Origin: a virus
Taxonomy: Duplodnaviria; Caudoviricetes
Virus record (IMG/VR): IMGVR_UViG_3300035701_000033
Coordinates: 1-61,069 of that record
Reading direction: 5' to 3' (one strand)
Length of the DNA: 61,069 nt
Both the position numbers and the translations under genes were made by a program. Shown in pieces: positions 1 through 10,366 of the stretch. Numbering within the stretch: the stretch's first letter is position 1; every line of letters starts with the position of its first letter. The notes under the pieces are model-generated. The model made no database searches, was not told the origin of the DNA, and was given only the letters and a program-made list of their open reading frames with translations.

Positions 1-126
1 CTCGGGGAGAAAGATTTATGGATAGAAGCAACAAAGTACCTAGCAGCACCAGAGATGTTAATACATGCTTTTGCCCTTCTGGCCGGTGGGTTCGGTGCGC
101 CCCTAATGCGTTTTACCGGATATGCA
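1..126. repeat. Terminal direct repeat (copy 1; identical to 60942..61067), circular-assembly overlap
   Basis: First 126 nt match 60942..61067 exactly; the reading frame of the primase-helicase runs through the join. Confidence 0.95.
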
Positions 127-1284
127 GGGGCAGTACTGTCCATAGTAGGGAAGTCTGGAATTGGGAAGACTTTGATGGGAACTTTTATTTTGTCCCTTTA
201 CGGACGCCCTGAAAAACTATCCTGTCGGAAGGATGATACACCGAACGCTCTCATCTCACGGCTCGGCATCTTCGGATCATTACCAATGTATATCGATGAG
301 ACAAGTAATATTGATCCACTCGCCCTGAGTGATTTTGTTTACAAGATTACTCAGGGTCGGGACAAGGCACGGCTCACTCAAAAAGCTGTAGAAAAATCGA
401 ACCTCAATACATGGAATACTGTTACCATAACCTCATCAAATCATTCATTGATTGAACGTTTGGGTCAGGCCAAAGCAGATGCGTCCGCCGAAATTAATAG
501 GGTATTCGAAGTGTTCCCAATTGAGTCAGATTACTTGACACGCGAACTGGCTACGCATTTATACCGCACGATATCCATGAATTGTGGTTATGCTGGAGCA
601 GAATATATCAAATATCTGGTTCTGCATGCTGACGAACATCAAGCACAATTGGATAAACTGATATCACTGATCGAATCTCGGAGTGGGGGAACTGCGGAAG
701 AAAGGTTCTGGTCAGCATTGGGAGCTGTCGCCATTTACGGTGGACTGATCGCCAAGAAATTAGGACTCATTAAATTTGAAATTACCCCTATAATGGATTG
801 GTTCTGCGAGGCCATTTATGAAATGCGTGGATCTAAAAATGAACAGGTTACTTCACCAGCAGATGCACTAGCAACATTCATATCCCAATACGCTGGGAAT
901 ATTCTAGTCTGTGATAAACGTAAAGATGGTACCAATAAATCTTATGTCTTTGTATATCGGGAATTAAAAGGTGCAGTTTTCGGGCGACTAGAAATAGATA
1001 CCAAGAAACTCTATGTCTCCAAATCCAGATTGAAAGACTATTTTAAGACAGCATATATTTCTATGAAGCAATTCGCCGAAACCCTAAGTAACACACACCC
1101 ACGACCTATATTGCTTCGGGATAATGTACGTAAGAATCTCGGCAGTGGGGTTGACTATGTATCTACAATTGTTGAACCCTGTTTTGAATTTGACCTAACA
1201 ATCCCGGAACTTGGGTATGTTACCATGGCATTGGTATTCAATGCAGAGAAAGACAACGAGAATGAAGAAAGGAAAATAGCATGA
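1..1284 (+). CDS. C-terminal part of primase-helicase (DUF927-like P-loop domain), continuing from 59367 across the circular join
   Basis: Walker A GKSGIGKT, Walker B MYIDE, QGRDKAR motif; frame 1 is continuous with the ORF starting at 59367. Confidence 0.85.
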   Translation, partial: LGEKDLWIEATKYLAAPEMLIHAFALLAGGFGAPLMRFTGYAGAVLSIVGKSGIGKTLMGTFILSLYGRPEKLSCRKDDTPNALISRLGIFGSLPMYIDETSNIDPLALSDFVYKITQGRDKARLTQKAVEKSNLNTWNTVTITSSNHSLIERLGQAKADASAEINRVFEVFPIESDYLTRELATHLYRTISMNCGYAGAEYIKYLVLHADEHQAQLDKLISLIESRSGGTAEERFWSALGAVAIYGGLIAKKLGLIKFEITPIMDWFCEAIYEMRGSKNEQVTSPADALATFISQYAGNILVCDKRKDGTNKSYVFVYRELKGAVFGRLEIDTKKLYVSKSRLKDYFKTAYISMKQFAETLSNTHPRPILLRDNVRKNLGSGVDYVSTIVEPCFEFDLTIPELGYVTMALVFNAEKDNENEERKIA

Positions 1285-1673
1285 AAGTATATCTGGCAGC
1301 ACGTTATTCGCAGAAAGGTGATATGCAATGTGTGGCTGCACTACTCGAAGCCAGAGGAATAGAAGTCACATCTACATGGTTGAAAGAACATTGGTCCCCC
1401 GGAATTACTATGGATCAGATTACCGAAGAAGAATTAGTAGATATTGCAGCACTGGATTTGGCTGACATTGATCGGGCAGATGGCGTGATTCTTTTCTCTC
1501 TTGATCCTTTAATTGCTGGGGTTCGGGGTGGTAGACATGTCGAATTCGGATATGCGCTTGGCAAAGATAAACCAATAGTTGTTGTTGGACCCAAGGAAAA
1601 TATATTCCATTACCTCCCTCGGGTTAAACATTGTGCCACAATCACTGAATTGTTCGTTATGTTAGGGGTCTAA
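1281..1673 (+). CDS. Nucleoside 2-deoxyribosyltransferase-like / nucleotide N-glycosidase
   Basis: KVYLAA...DLADIDRAD...GGRHVEFGYA motif pattern; ATGA overlap with upstream gene. Confidence 0.75.
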   Translation: MKVYLAARYSQKGDMQCVAALLEARGIEVTSTWLKEHWSPGITMDQITEEELVDIAALDLADIDRADGVILFSLDPLIAGVRGGRHVEFGYALGKDKPIVVVGPKENIFHYLPRVKHCATITELFVMLGV

Positions 1674-1674
1674 T

Positions 1675-1938
1675 ATGCCATTCATTAAACAAGAAGATAG
1701 AAAGAAATCGTTCCTTACATACTCACAGATTCCCGGCGAACGTTGCTACGCCCAGTATAAGGACATGATGGCAGCATGGATAGCATCCCCCCGTTGGGCT
1801 ACAGTGGACGCGATCCTCGCCAATTATATTCCAGATCAACTTAAACGTGCAGAATTTCTGGCATTTTTAGTATTCTTCAATCTTCATGTAATACCTTATG
1901 AAGAAATGAAGAGAAAGGAGAATGGAGATATATGTTAG
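1675..1938 (+). CDS. Conserved phage hypothetical protein (MPFIKQEDR...YEEMKRKENGDI type)
   Basis: ORF sits tightly in operon; N- and C-terminal motifs recalled from phage nucleotide-metabolism clusters. Confidence 0.55.
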   Translation: MPFIKQEDRKKSFLTYSQIPGERCYAQYKDMMAAWIASPRWATVDAILANYIPDQLKRAEFLAFLVFFNLHVIPYEEMKRKENGDIC

Positions 1939-2142
1939 ATATACCGAGTAAACTTCTTGATATCCGGTGTTCTTGCTGCCGCCAACGAGTACATTATGAT
2001 GGGCGAAAACAATGGTGTTTATGTAATATAGGCCCGGTATTTAATAAAAATCTTGAGTATGAAGTAGACCATGATCCATATAAATGGCTCTGGCCATAAG
2101 GAGAAAAAATGAACTTACTATGCGAGGTACGGAGGACTAAAA

Positions 2143-2598
2143 ATGCGAATATTTGAAACAGGTGCAACCCGAGATAACAGTGATAGCAAGATCGACTATG
2201 ATGGATTTCTTTCGTCCTATGTACTTCGGGCATATGGGGAGTACATGCTAAAACACCAGACCCAAGCCGATGGTAAGAAGCGGGAATCTGATAATTGGCA
2301 GAAAGGTATACCAATTTCTGCATATATGAAATCTATGTATCGCCACTTTATGGATGTCTGGATGAATGTCAGGGGGATCAAATGCAGTGTTCTTCTGGAA
2401 GAAGCTCTGGTCGCGTTGTTCTTCAATGTCCACGGTATGCTGCATGAAGTAGTGAAACAACGATTAAATGAGGAGGCATATGAAAAATTCCAGAATGAAC
2501 TTTATGATGATATGAATATAACTGCAGATATAGAAAGGGCCTGTGGATGCGGAATTATACATCCTTGCCCAGTACATAGAAGCATTACCCAATTATAA
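2143..2598 (+). CDS. dATP/dGTP diphosphohydrolase-like protein (DUF5664-like)
   Basis: FETGATRD...NWQKGIP...SMYRH motifs; GGAGG RBS. Confidence 0.65.
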   Translation: MRIFETGATRDNSDSKIDYDGFLSSYVLRAYGEYMLKHQTQADGKKRESDNWQKGIPISAYMKSMYRHFMDVWMNVRGIKCSVLLEEALVALFFNVHGMLHEVVKQRLNEEAYEKFQNELYDDMNITADIERACGCGIIHPCPVHRSITQL

Positions 2599-2610
2599 CA
2601 TGGAGGCTAA

Positions 2611-3441
2611 ATGAAAACTAAACGAACGAACTTAATTGTTATATCAGATCTACACTGTGGATGCAGATTAGCTCTTTGCCCTCCCGGTGGAGTAAAATTG
2701 GATGATGGCGGGGTCTATATGGCCTCGAACTTCCAGAAGAAAATATGGAAAATGTGGCGCGAATTCTGGGATATCTGGGTTCCTATGGCTACACGAGGCG
2801 AAGTTTATGATGTATGTATCAACGGGGATTGTATCGATGGGAACCACCATAACAGCACTACACAGATCAGTCATAATCTTAAAGACCAGAAACGTATTGC
2901 TGAAATGATACTTCGACCTATTGTTGAAAACTGTCGCAACTTTTATATGGTTCGAGGTACTGAGGCGCATGTGGGGCAGTCAGGAGTGAATGAGGAAGAG
3001 GTTGCAGAAATCTTGGGGGCGATTCCTAATAAGGAAGGTCAGTACGCACGTCATGAACTTTGGTTATATGTAGGTGATTCTCTTGTGCATCTAATGCATC
3101 ATATCGGTTCTACAGGATCAGCGGCTTACGAATCTACAGCAGTACATAAGGAAATGACTGAAAGCCTTTGTGAAGCAGCAAGGCAAGGTCTAGAACCACC
3201 ATCTGTAATTATCCGAAGTCATCGACATCGTGCATTTAAAACTTCATTCCCTGCTGCTAGAGGGGAAATGATATCGGCAGTCAGTCCGGGATGGCAAGCT
3301 AAGACACCATTTGCATATAAAATCCCCGGAGGACGTATTTCTCTTCCTCAGTTCGGTGGTCTTATTGTTAGATCTGGGGACGAAGACCCTATCTTTGTGC
3401 GCCATAAAACTTGGCATATCGGCAGACCGGAGGCGGAATAA
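2611..3441 (+). CDS. Calcineurin-like metallophosphoesterase
   Basis: SDLHCG, NGDCIDG, GTEAH, HH and SHRH motifs in canonical order. Confidence 0.75.
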   Translation: MKTKRTNLIVISDLHCGCRLALCPPGGVKLDDGGVYMASNFQKKIWKMWREFWDIWVPMATRGEVYDVCINGDCIDGNHHNSTTQISHNLKDQKRIAEMILRPIVENCRNFYMVRGTEAHVGQSGVNEEEVAEILGAIPNKEGQYARHELWLYVGDSLVHLMHHIGSTGSAAYESTAVHKEMTESLCEAARQGLEPPSVIIRSHRHRAFKTSFPAARGEMISAVSPGWQAKTPFAYKIPGGRISLPQFGGLIVRSGDEDPIFVRHKTWHIGRPEAE

Positions 3442-3677
3442 TGATAGACATTAACTATGATGAATGGATCAAGGCTATTGAAGCAGCTGAGATAAAGAAT
3501 TCAGAAGTAGGATTGACCTCCAATGAACTGATGGATATAATTGGAAGTCGGGAACGGATCCGGAAGTTCCTACGGGACGGAATCAATAACGGTTCAATCA
3601 TCTTGGGGGAACGATATATCCCGAAAGATTGGGACGGCAGGGCAAGATACTACAAAGTTTATTCACTGCGCAAATAA
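3441..3677 (+). CDS. Small winged-helix-like hypothetical protein
   Basis: ATG at 3441 overlaps upstream stop, GGAGG RBS; GLTSNELM helix pattern. Confidence 0.45.
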   Translation: MIDINYDEWIKAIEAAEIKNSEVGLTSNELMDIIGSRERIRKFLRDGINNGSIILGERYIPKDWDGRARYYKVYSLRK

Positions 3678-3712
3678 AGAAAGGGGGTTTTAAGCCCCCC
3701 TTTCTTTTTATT
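3673..3712. terminator. Bidirectional rho-independent terminator at convergence of the two genome arms
   Basis: AAAGAAAGGGGG-TTTTAAG-CCCCCCTTTCTTTTT inverted repeat with A-tract and T-tract between convergent ORFs. Confidence 0.85.
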
Positions 3713-3725
3713 CATCTCCATTTCA

Positions 3726-4259
3726 TTATTCTTCTATATGAAAACCAATCGGTTGTTTCTTATGCCGTTTTCTGATATTAAGTTTCTTCTGTGGTTCTTC
3801 TGTGGGTTTCTTTTCTTTTTCTATAACAGGTATCTTAGCTATAAGTTTTGCCAGTTTGGATTCATATTCAGTTTCTAATTCTCTGAATGCTCTAGCTGTG
3901 GCATGAACACTTACCTCATGTGCTGCTATGAATTGCTCGGCAAAATGTTGTGATAGTTCACGATCATTGATCTTTTCTACTATGGATTGCATAACTTCAG
4001 CCATTCCATTCTGATTGAGATGAATTAGTTCATGTACTATAACTGTTTCGGGGTCTTCACTATCTGCCACCATATTCAATTGCGCACAAGAACGCGAAGA
4101 ACAAGGAAGTATACATCCCTCAGTTTCGCCGGGGGTGATTCCGAGTTGGGATTCTACATCCTCATATTCTTTCTGGGAGAGTACATTAAAATCGATATCC
4201 CAATTCTGGAGACGTAATCGTTTTGCCCATTTATTACAGATTGATTGTAGCTTTTTCAT
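3726..4259 (-). CDS. HExxH zinc-metallopeptidase-like protein
   Basis: IVHELIH motif with downstream E; C-terminal KKQPIGF. Confidence 0.6.
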   Translation of the reverse strand: MKKLQSICNKWAKRLRLQNWDIDFNVLSQKEYEDVESQLGITPGETEGCILPCSSRSCAQLNMVADSEDPETVIVHELIHLNQNGMAEVMQSIVEKINDRELSQHFAEQFIAAHEVSVHATARAFRELETEYESKLAKLIAKIPVIEKEKKPTEEPQKKLNIRKRHKKQPIGFHIEE

Positions 4260-4274
4260 TTGCCACCTACCTTT

Positions 4275-7200
4275 CTATTCAGGTTGTTCAGCATTAGGGT
4301 AAAGCTTTTTAAAATGAGCCTCTTTAGTTTTCAGTATTTTTTCCAATAGAATCCTTTCCGCAGGAGTCGCTTTCTCCATGACCTTGCGTGCTTCATCAAG
4401 GGATAGGCGTTTGAATCCTGACGCTAATGGAGATAGTTTTGCCTCCGATTTAATCCGCTTTGCTGCGACTGTACTTATAATACCAGCTGCCACTGCTTCG
4501 TGCAAGTCATTTTCTGCATCGACGTTTTGCATGCGGAATTCTGAGGTTAATTTGGTCAGCATCTTGCTACGTTCAAATTCAACTGCAGTTTTAGTTGTTT
4601 TTGGCATACGTTCAGTTACGAATTTGCGAATCATTTTTTCCGCGGGTGTCCGATTCAGATCAGAGGGGGCTGGCATGATGCCAATGAAGGGTGCGCCCAT
4701 GGCTAGAGCTGTACCTCCGCGCTCTGCTTCTTTCTGCATACCACGAATCCAGAAAGGCATATACTGTTTAGCTGTGAAACCGACAAGCTGAGATGCCTGA
4801 GCAACAATGTTGTCGCCCTCATGACGAATCTCTGTACCATAGTAGTCTTTGTTCTGGATGATGTCACGACCCATACCAAGAGCAGGATGCAGTTTATGCA
4901 GTAGCGTGGTTCCCGGAGCTTCTGAGTATGCGAGTACGTCCTTCATGTAGGTCGGCAGCATGAAGCGTTCCTCAAACCCACGCTCGTCTACGTTACCGGT
5001 CCTGAATGCAATGAAGTCTCTACCCTCTGGGGCTTCACCGGTAAACAGGGCAGTCAATGCTCCGTTGGCAACTGCAGTGGTCAGCAGCAGTGACAGGGTA
5101 TAAGCAGTACGATCAGACATATTAGGTTTCTCGCCCTTAGCTACATTCCTGATTAGATCAGCCACGTCCTTAGCACCGCCGACGAGTTCGAGGATCGTAC
5201 CACCTGTCCACCCCGGAGCCCTTAGTGCGCCCTGTACCATGTTCTTAGCGACATTGTTCACGAAGAGGCGATCATATACGACCTGTCCCAGACGAGAATC
5301 GACACGGTTCCATATCTCCTGCATTGCTTCCCGGCGTTCTTTGAAGGATGCATTAGGATGTTCATTCATCCAGAAAGAACTCATGTCTGCAAAGACACCG
5401 AACTTCTGCCGGGGTACAAGCCATTCCATCAGAGGGCGAGCCATCTGCTCAATCATGGCGAACGGAGCCCGGACAGCAGCACCGATCTTATTCCCGTTGG
5501 CCCATGCTTCGAACATCTTCTCAGTGGTATGGGTCTGGAAGCGTGTATCCATTCCTTTCCTTGCCCCAGCAAGAACTGCATTCTCTGCGATCATGGGGAT
5601 GTCCATTCCATGAGTAATTCCTGCAGATGTCGGATCTGCCATGGCTGCGAGAACCTTACCACCGATCATCGGGTTACGGATAAACTCAGCCGGGGCTTCA
5701 GCAAGATACTTGACGCCGCTGGCAAAGTCGCCATTGGCTATTGCTTTCAAGCCCAGTGCGCCGTGACTTATGATCGCTTCGAGGGACGTGAATCCTGCAT
5801 GGAACATAGAGCCTACGCCGAGCTGCATTTGGTTCAGGTTGTTAGCTAGAGCCATGTAGCCAGAGAATGCTTTACCTATATACTTATTGTTATATAGGTT
5901 CTGGGAGAGGTAGTTGTTAATTACTTGAGCAACATCTTCCCGGACAGCATATTTATAAGACTTGAAGGAATCGAGAAGTTGAACACCATTGGCGTCTACA
6001 TCAGCCCGTTTGACAGTTCCATAGGTTCCGAGGATATTAAGTTCTCCCGGCTCCATCCCTTCCCCTGCGGGAACCAGACGAGCGAGGCCGTCAGATTCGA
6101 GGGACTGCAGCATCTTATGCGCTGCGATGTACCGATCCATTTCCCCGACCTTCATGAAGAATAGATCCATGGGGTTATTGGATACCAGTTTATGACCAGC
6201 TTCGATACCCTCATAGATATCCCCGAATACCCTTTTCTCTGCAAAGGACTTCCGGGTGTCCAGTGGACGTTTCGATATGGCAGTGCTGATGTCACGCATT
6301 GCATCGTCGGCGCGTTCCCAGTATCTTGGGAAATAAGGGTTCTCCCCTTCGCCGGTTCTGATATCCGTGAGTAGTCCTGTACCAAGTTGCTGGATTGTTT
6401 CTACTCTAGCATCGAACATCTCTTTCATGAAGTCGGCAATCTGCTGACGAGGTGCATCTATCTGAGGCTTCCCACTATCCATACGCGCCATGAAGTCATG
6501 TTGCTCACCTACCGGCATCTTGGCGAAGTATGTATCTGCCAGAGTCTTACCCTGTGAACGAACGAGGTCCATGACTGAAGTAACCGTAGAGACTTCGCCC
6601 TTGATACCTTTCATGATCTTGTCGATCTTGGTTGCAGACTGAAGTTGCTTATTCCACATTTCCCCCAGTACCTGACGGAATTCAGCCTGTGTCTGGAATG
6701 CAGCCTCGGAACGTGCGCCGGGGGCAAAGGCTCTACCTGCTTGGTCAATTGTTTCTCTTACATTCTTAATGGTATTAATGACCTTGGGCTTGACATCATC
6801 ATCAACGAACTTAGACTCCATCACGCTCTTGGCCATATCCTGAATTGCATATTTAGGTGCAGGTTTACCGAGAGAACCAAACATCTCCATGCTTTCTTTC
6901 GTGTATTTTCCATACATAGAATAGCGTTCTTCCATCTCACCCGATGCGAGTTTCTTGAATATGTTCTCATCAGTCATCATGAAAGTATTCTTGATGTTCT
7001 GGAAGAAATCTACAATCTTCTGCCAGTATACTTCAATGACGTTCTTCGGACGGTACTTCGGATTACCTGAGATTTTGTCAATATACGCCTGATATGCATC
7101 GGCCCGAGCTTCCTCGGTTGCATACTTCTTGGCGACGATATCTATCTCATGCCTAGTAAGAACTGAGTACTCAGCCCAATGCCATTTCTCGTGGTCGATG

Positions 7201-10200
7201 TTCTTGACACCGTTGGGGGTGAAGGACATGATGGTGTTCAACCCGAGTTCTGCAGCGGCAACTGGCATCTCTGTGGGTTTCAGCTCACGGCCATAGGCAC
7301 TCTCTGCAGCAATTCTTTCCCGAGGGGTCATGATGATTACGGACTGTTCCCGGAAAAGCATATCAGCCCCACCCGGAGTTTTCAGTTTGAACCCTTCAGG
7401 AGTTTCAGTGATCTGCGATTTCGGATATGCTTTCTGGATGATCTCTTTCGTAAGGGTCGGAGTAGTTCCACTGATGGCCTGTTCCAGAGCTTTAAGATTC
7501 TCAGCACTCAGACCACCTTCAGTTTTGATATGCTTATTCCCCAGTTCGGTAAGATCAACCCTGTCGTCCAGAACAGCGACGAGATCAGATCCGAACTTCT
7601 TGCCATAGGTATCCATCCATGCTTTATACTCAGAGCCGCGAGATGCTGCATTGGTATCGCCGCCGAGATCCGGGGTGACTCCGACTACCCTTGCTTTGAT
7701 TCCCAGACTGTCAATGACTGCCTGAGCTTCTGCAATGTCGTTCTTCAGTAGCGCACTTTCACGCCATGTGGAGCCCAAGACAACATCAGGATTACCATTG
7801 CGGTTCAGGATTTTGTTAAACTCTATGACTCTGGAAGGGTCGATGTTCCTACCACCCTCAGCGTTGGTATTGAATACACCGTCGATATCCAGACCGATCA
7901 CTTTCTTACTGGGGTTCGACAGAGCGATACCAGCTTCAGGAGTAGACTCTTGTTTACCGAGCATGTCCTCCATGGCAGCGCGATACTTCGACAGCACACG
8001 ATCAACCATGGCACCTGTCACCTTTTCACCCTGAGAGACAACAGCCATTTCTCCGTTGGCACCGATCCGCTGGATAACCAGATCATAAGCTCCCGGCTGG
8101 AAATCAGCTGCTTCCACTCCACGCAGGATGCCACCTTTACCTGAACGTGCATCGAAGCGAAGCCGTGGGGGTTCATTACCAGCACGACGAATTGCTTCCA
8201 GAGATGCCTCGGATTCACCAGATGCGTTCTCTTCAACTGCGAACTTCTTGGAGGGCATACCTTCTGCTTTGGCAAATGCACGATCAACGAACGCCCGAGC
8301 TTCAAGCGTCATCTCATCCATGTAATCGACAGTCAGTTTACCCTTAACCATTTCAGCTGTAGCGAGTACAGCCTGTGAGCGATCCATCAATTTGAGAGTA
8401 CCGTCCTTGCGAATGACAGCCATGTTCTCTGCAACCTGTACGAACCCACCCTCGGGAATTGCTTTCCCTTTAGGTAGGACTTTATCAGTAGCGGTTACTG
8501 GTGGGGCATCCACAATGGGTTCCTGTGCTGCAGCCTCTACCTTTACCTGTGGGGCGACCTTCGGGAAACGCTCATCGTGGTATGCCTGTAACAGTACGGC
8601 GCGTTCTGGGTTAAGATTCTGCGTCATGGCGATGTCTTTCTCAACCTGTGCTTTAGTCTTGGCATCGAACATCGCAACATCATCAGGAGAAAGACCGGTA
8701 CGCTCTGCTGATGCAGTTACTTCTTTTCCCGTTCTTTCGATAGGGCGATTGCTATTATTTGCTTCCTCGCCGCTTCTTTGGATTTCGGTTTTGGGCTGTT
8801 CCCTATATGTCCCTTCTCTTTCATCGACTGCGCCAGCTCTCTGAAGTTCTGTTCCTTGCTCCCCGGTCCTGATTTCAGTGGCATTGGGTGCCTCCTTCGT
8901 ACTATAATATTTCCCGGATTCCGGGTCGAAAGTATGGTTCTTGCCAACAGCTTCGGCAGCAGATATTTCATGAATCTGGCCGATAGACTTTTCTTCTCCG
9001 TTGGCGAATATATATTTTGCATTCCCCTCATTGTCGGTATGCATAATAGATTCTTGGTTGAACTTCTGCGCCAGTTTCTGCACCTTGGCTCTGTTCTCCG
9101 GGGTGTTCATAACCACGAAAGAGTCTTTGCCCATACCATCATATACACCTTGGACTCTCTTGAATTCCACACCAGCTGCCCGGAGTTCCTGCATAGCGGC
9201 AGTAGTATTAGATGCATCGGCTGCGGGGTCTATACCCTTGCTGACACTGAAGGTAAGTTGTTCGTTGAGTTCTGCGGGCGTTGCTTCAGGAGTTGATAGT
9301 TTAGTGTCAACCTTAGCAGCAAGATCAATATCAGGGTTGGCAATCTTCTCTTCAAGTGCGCTGATTATCTTCCCCCGAGATTTTGCAAGATCAACAGGAA
9401 TTGCTTTCTTGTTGATGATCGCGTCTAAAGCCATAGCACCAAAGCTTTCAGCCTCTGGGGATTTCGCTTCTTGTAAAGCACGTTGCACGTTCTCTGCAGC
9501 TGACCAACGTGCTGCTTCAGGAGCATTAGGATTACCAAGAATATTACGGAGCTTACGCAGTTCCATGGCTTTGTTGACACCAGATACTCCTTTGAACACT
9601 CCAGCGGTTAGAGCTGATTCAAGCCATGCTTCTGGATTTGCCCAGACTTCCTTCATTGCATCAGCTTCAGGACGTGCGCCTGACAGTGCTTCAGTTCCGA
9701 CTGTGGCAGCAGATGCCGCTTGCATGACACCTGTATTAGCGAGGATGTTCGCCCCAGCTCGTTGTGCCATACCTTTGAATGAAGGATTCAGGATCTCGGC
9801 GGCGGTCTTAGCAGCAGGAGCAAGACCCTCAGCATACTTGGCGACAGGACCCATGGCCAATGCGCCAAGTCCAGATACTGCGGCAGGAGCAGTAGCAGCT
9901 TTAATCGCTTCACTCTCTGGCATGCCCTGAGCCTTAGCTGATTCATAAGACCGTTCGAACTGGCCACCAGCCATCGACAAGGCGAAAGCAGGAAGTCCAA
10001 CCGGAGCAGATACAAGACCTGCAGCCAGTGGTGCCGTCGATGCGATAAGGTTCTCAGCGATATCGCCAGCCTTAGCCAGATATGGATGAGCAGCACGAGT
10101 TGCAGGAGTTACAGCTTCTTCCTCAGCAAGTTTCTTACCCCACTCTCTGAACCCTGTACCGATAGGTCTCTCCAGTGGTGCTGTTCCTTGATAAAGTGCA

Positions 10201-10355
10201 TTAAGGCCCCGCGCAATACCCTGTGCGCTGGTCCCCAATGATTCTGCTGTGCGTCCAACCACTCGTTTTATAAAACTACCATCGCCCTCAGACTCAACTT
10301 TTCCTGTATATGGAACACGATTTCCGTTTTCGTCTATAGTAAACTTATCTGACAT
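4275..10355 (-). CDS. Large (2026 aa) internal virion / ejected polyvalent protein
   Basis: Position at end of structural operon; Ala/Gly-rich N-terminus; internal SAM-lyase/DUF3293-like segment, HAD segment (LDIDGV...STWR...LDDR) and HEKWH motif. Confidence 0.7.
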   Translation of the reverse strand: MSDKFTIDENGNRVPYTGKVESEGDGSFIKRVVGRTAESLGTSAQGIARGLNALYQGTAPLERPIGTGFREWGKKLAEEEAVTPATRAAHPYLAKAGDIAENLIASTAPLAAGLVSAPVGLPAFALSMAGGQFERSYESAKAQGMPESEAIKAATAPAAVSGLGALAMGPVAKYAEGLAPAAKTAAEILNPSFKGMAQRAGANILANTGVMQAASAATVGTEALSGARPEADAMKEVWANPEAWLESALTAGVFKGVSGVNKAMELRKLRNILGNPNAPEAARWSAAENVQRALQEAKSPEAESFGAMALDAIINKKAIPVDLAKSRGKIISALEEKIANPDIDLAAKVDTKLSTPEATPAELNEQLTFSVSKGIDPAADASNTTAAMQELRAAGVEFKRVQGVYDGMGKDSFVVMNTPENRAKVQKLAQKFNQESIMHTDNEGNAKYIFANGEEKSIGQIHEISAAEAVGKNHTFDPESGKYYSTKEAPNATEIRTGEQGTELQRAGAVDEREGTYREQPKTEIQRSGEEANNSNRPIERTGKEVTASAERTGLSPDDVAMFDAKTKAQVEKDIAMTQNLNPERAVLLQAYHDERFPKVAPQVKVEAAAQEPIVDAPPVTATDKVLPKGKAIPEGGFVQVAENMAVIRKDGTLKLMDRSQAVLATAEMVKGKLTVDYMDEMTLEARAFVDRAFAKAEGMPSKKFAVEENASGESEASLEAIRRAGNEPPRLRFDARSGKGGILRGVEAADFQPGAYDLVIQRIGANGEMAVVSQGEKVTGAMVDRVLSKYRAAMEDMLGKQESTPEAGIALSNPSKKVIGLDIDGVFNTNAEGGRNIDPSRVIEFNKILNRNGNPDVVLGSTWRESALLKNDIAEAQAVIDSLGIKARVVGVTPDLGGDTNAASRGSEYKAWMDTYGKKFGSDLVAVLDDRVDLTELGNKHIKTEGGLSAENLKALEQAISGTTPTLTKEIIQKAYPKSQITETPEGFKLKTPGGADMLFREQSVIIMTPRERIAAESAYGRELKPTEMPVAAAELGLNTIMSFTPNGVKNIDHEKWHWAEYSVLTRHEIDIVAKKYATEEARADAYQAYIDKISGNPKYRPKNVIEVYWQKIVDFFQNIKNTFMMTDENIFKKLASGEMEERYSMYGKYTKESMEMFGSLGKPAPKYAIQDMAKSVMESKFVDDDVKPKVINTIKNVRETIDQAGRAFAPGARSEAAFQTQAEFRQVLGEMWNKQLQSATKIDKIMKGIKGEVSTVTSVMDLVRSQGKTLADTYFAKMPVGEQHDFMARMDSGKPQIDAPRQQIADFMKEMFDARVETIQQLGTGLLTDIRTGEGENPYFPRYWERADDAMRDISTAISKRPLDTRKSFAEKRVFGDIYEGIEAGHKLVSNNPMDLFFMKVGEMDRYIAAHKMLQSLESDGLARLVPAGEGMEPGELNILGTYGTVKRADVDANGVQLLDSFKSYKYAVREDVAQVINNYLSQNLYNNKYIGKAFSGYMALANNLNQMQLGVGSMFHAGFTSLEAIISHGALGLKAIANGDFASGVKYLAEAPAEFIRNPMIGGKVLAAMADPTSAGITHGMDIPMIAENAVLAGARKGMDTRFQTHTTEKMFEAWANGNKIGAAVRAPFAMIEQMARPLMEWLVPRQKFGVFADMSSFWMNEHPNASFKERREAMQEIWNRVDSRLGQVVYDRLFVNNVAKNMVQGALRAPGWTGGTILELVGGAKDVADLIRNVAKGEKPNMSDRTAYTLSLLLTTAVANGALTALFTGEAPEGRDFIAFRTGNVDERGFEERFMLPTYMKDVLAYSEAPGTTLLHKLHPALGMGRDIIQNKDYYGTEIRHEGDNIVAQASQLVGFTAKQYMPFWIRGMQKEAERGGTALAMGAPFIGIMPAPSDLNRTPAEKMIRKFVTERMPKTTKTAVEFERSKMLTKLTSEFRMQNVDAENDLHEAVAAGIISTVAAKRIKSEAKLSPLASGFKRLSLDEARKVMEKATPAERILLEKILKTKEAHFKKLYPNAEQPE

Positions 10356-10366
10356 TGTAAGTTCCT

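Noticed and set aside
1281-3441. Z-genome (2-aminoadenine) system
   Set aside because: No PurZ/adenylosuccinate-synthetase-like ORF recognisable anywhere in the genome
4378-9930. Many plus-strand ORFs antisense to the 2026-aa gene and other structural genes
   Set aside because: Shadow ORFs of strongly biased coding sequence; no motifs or RBS
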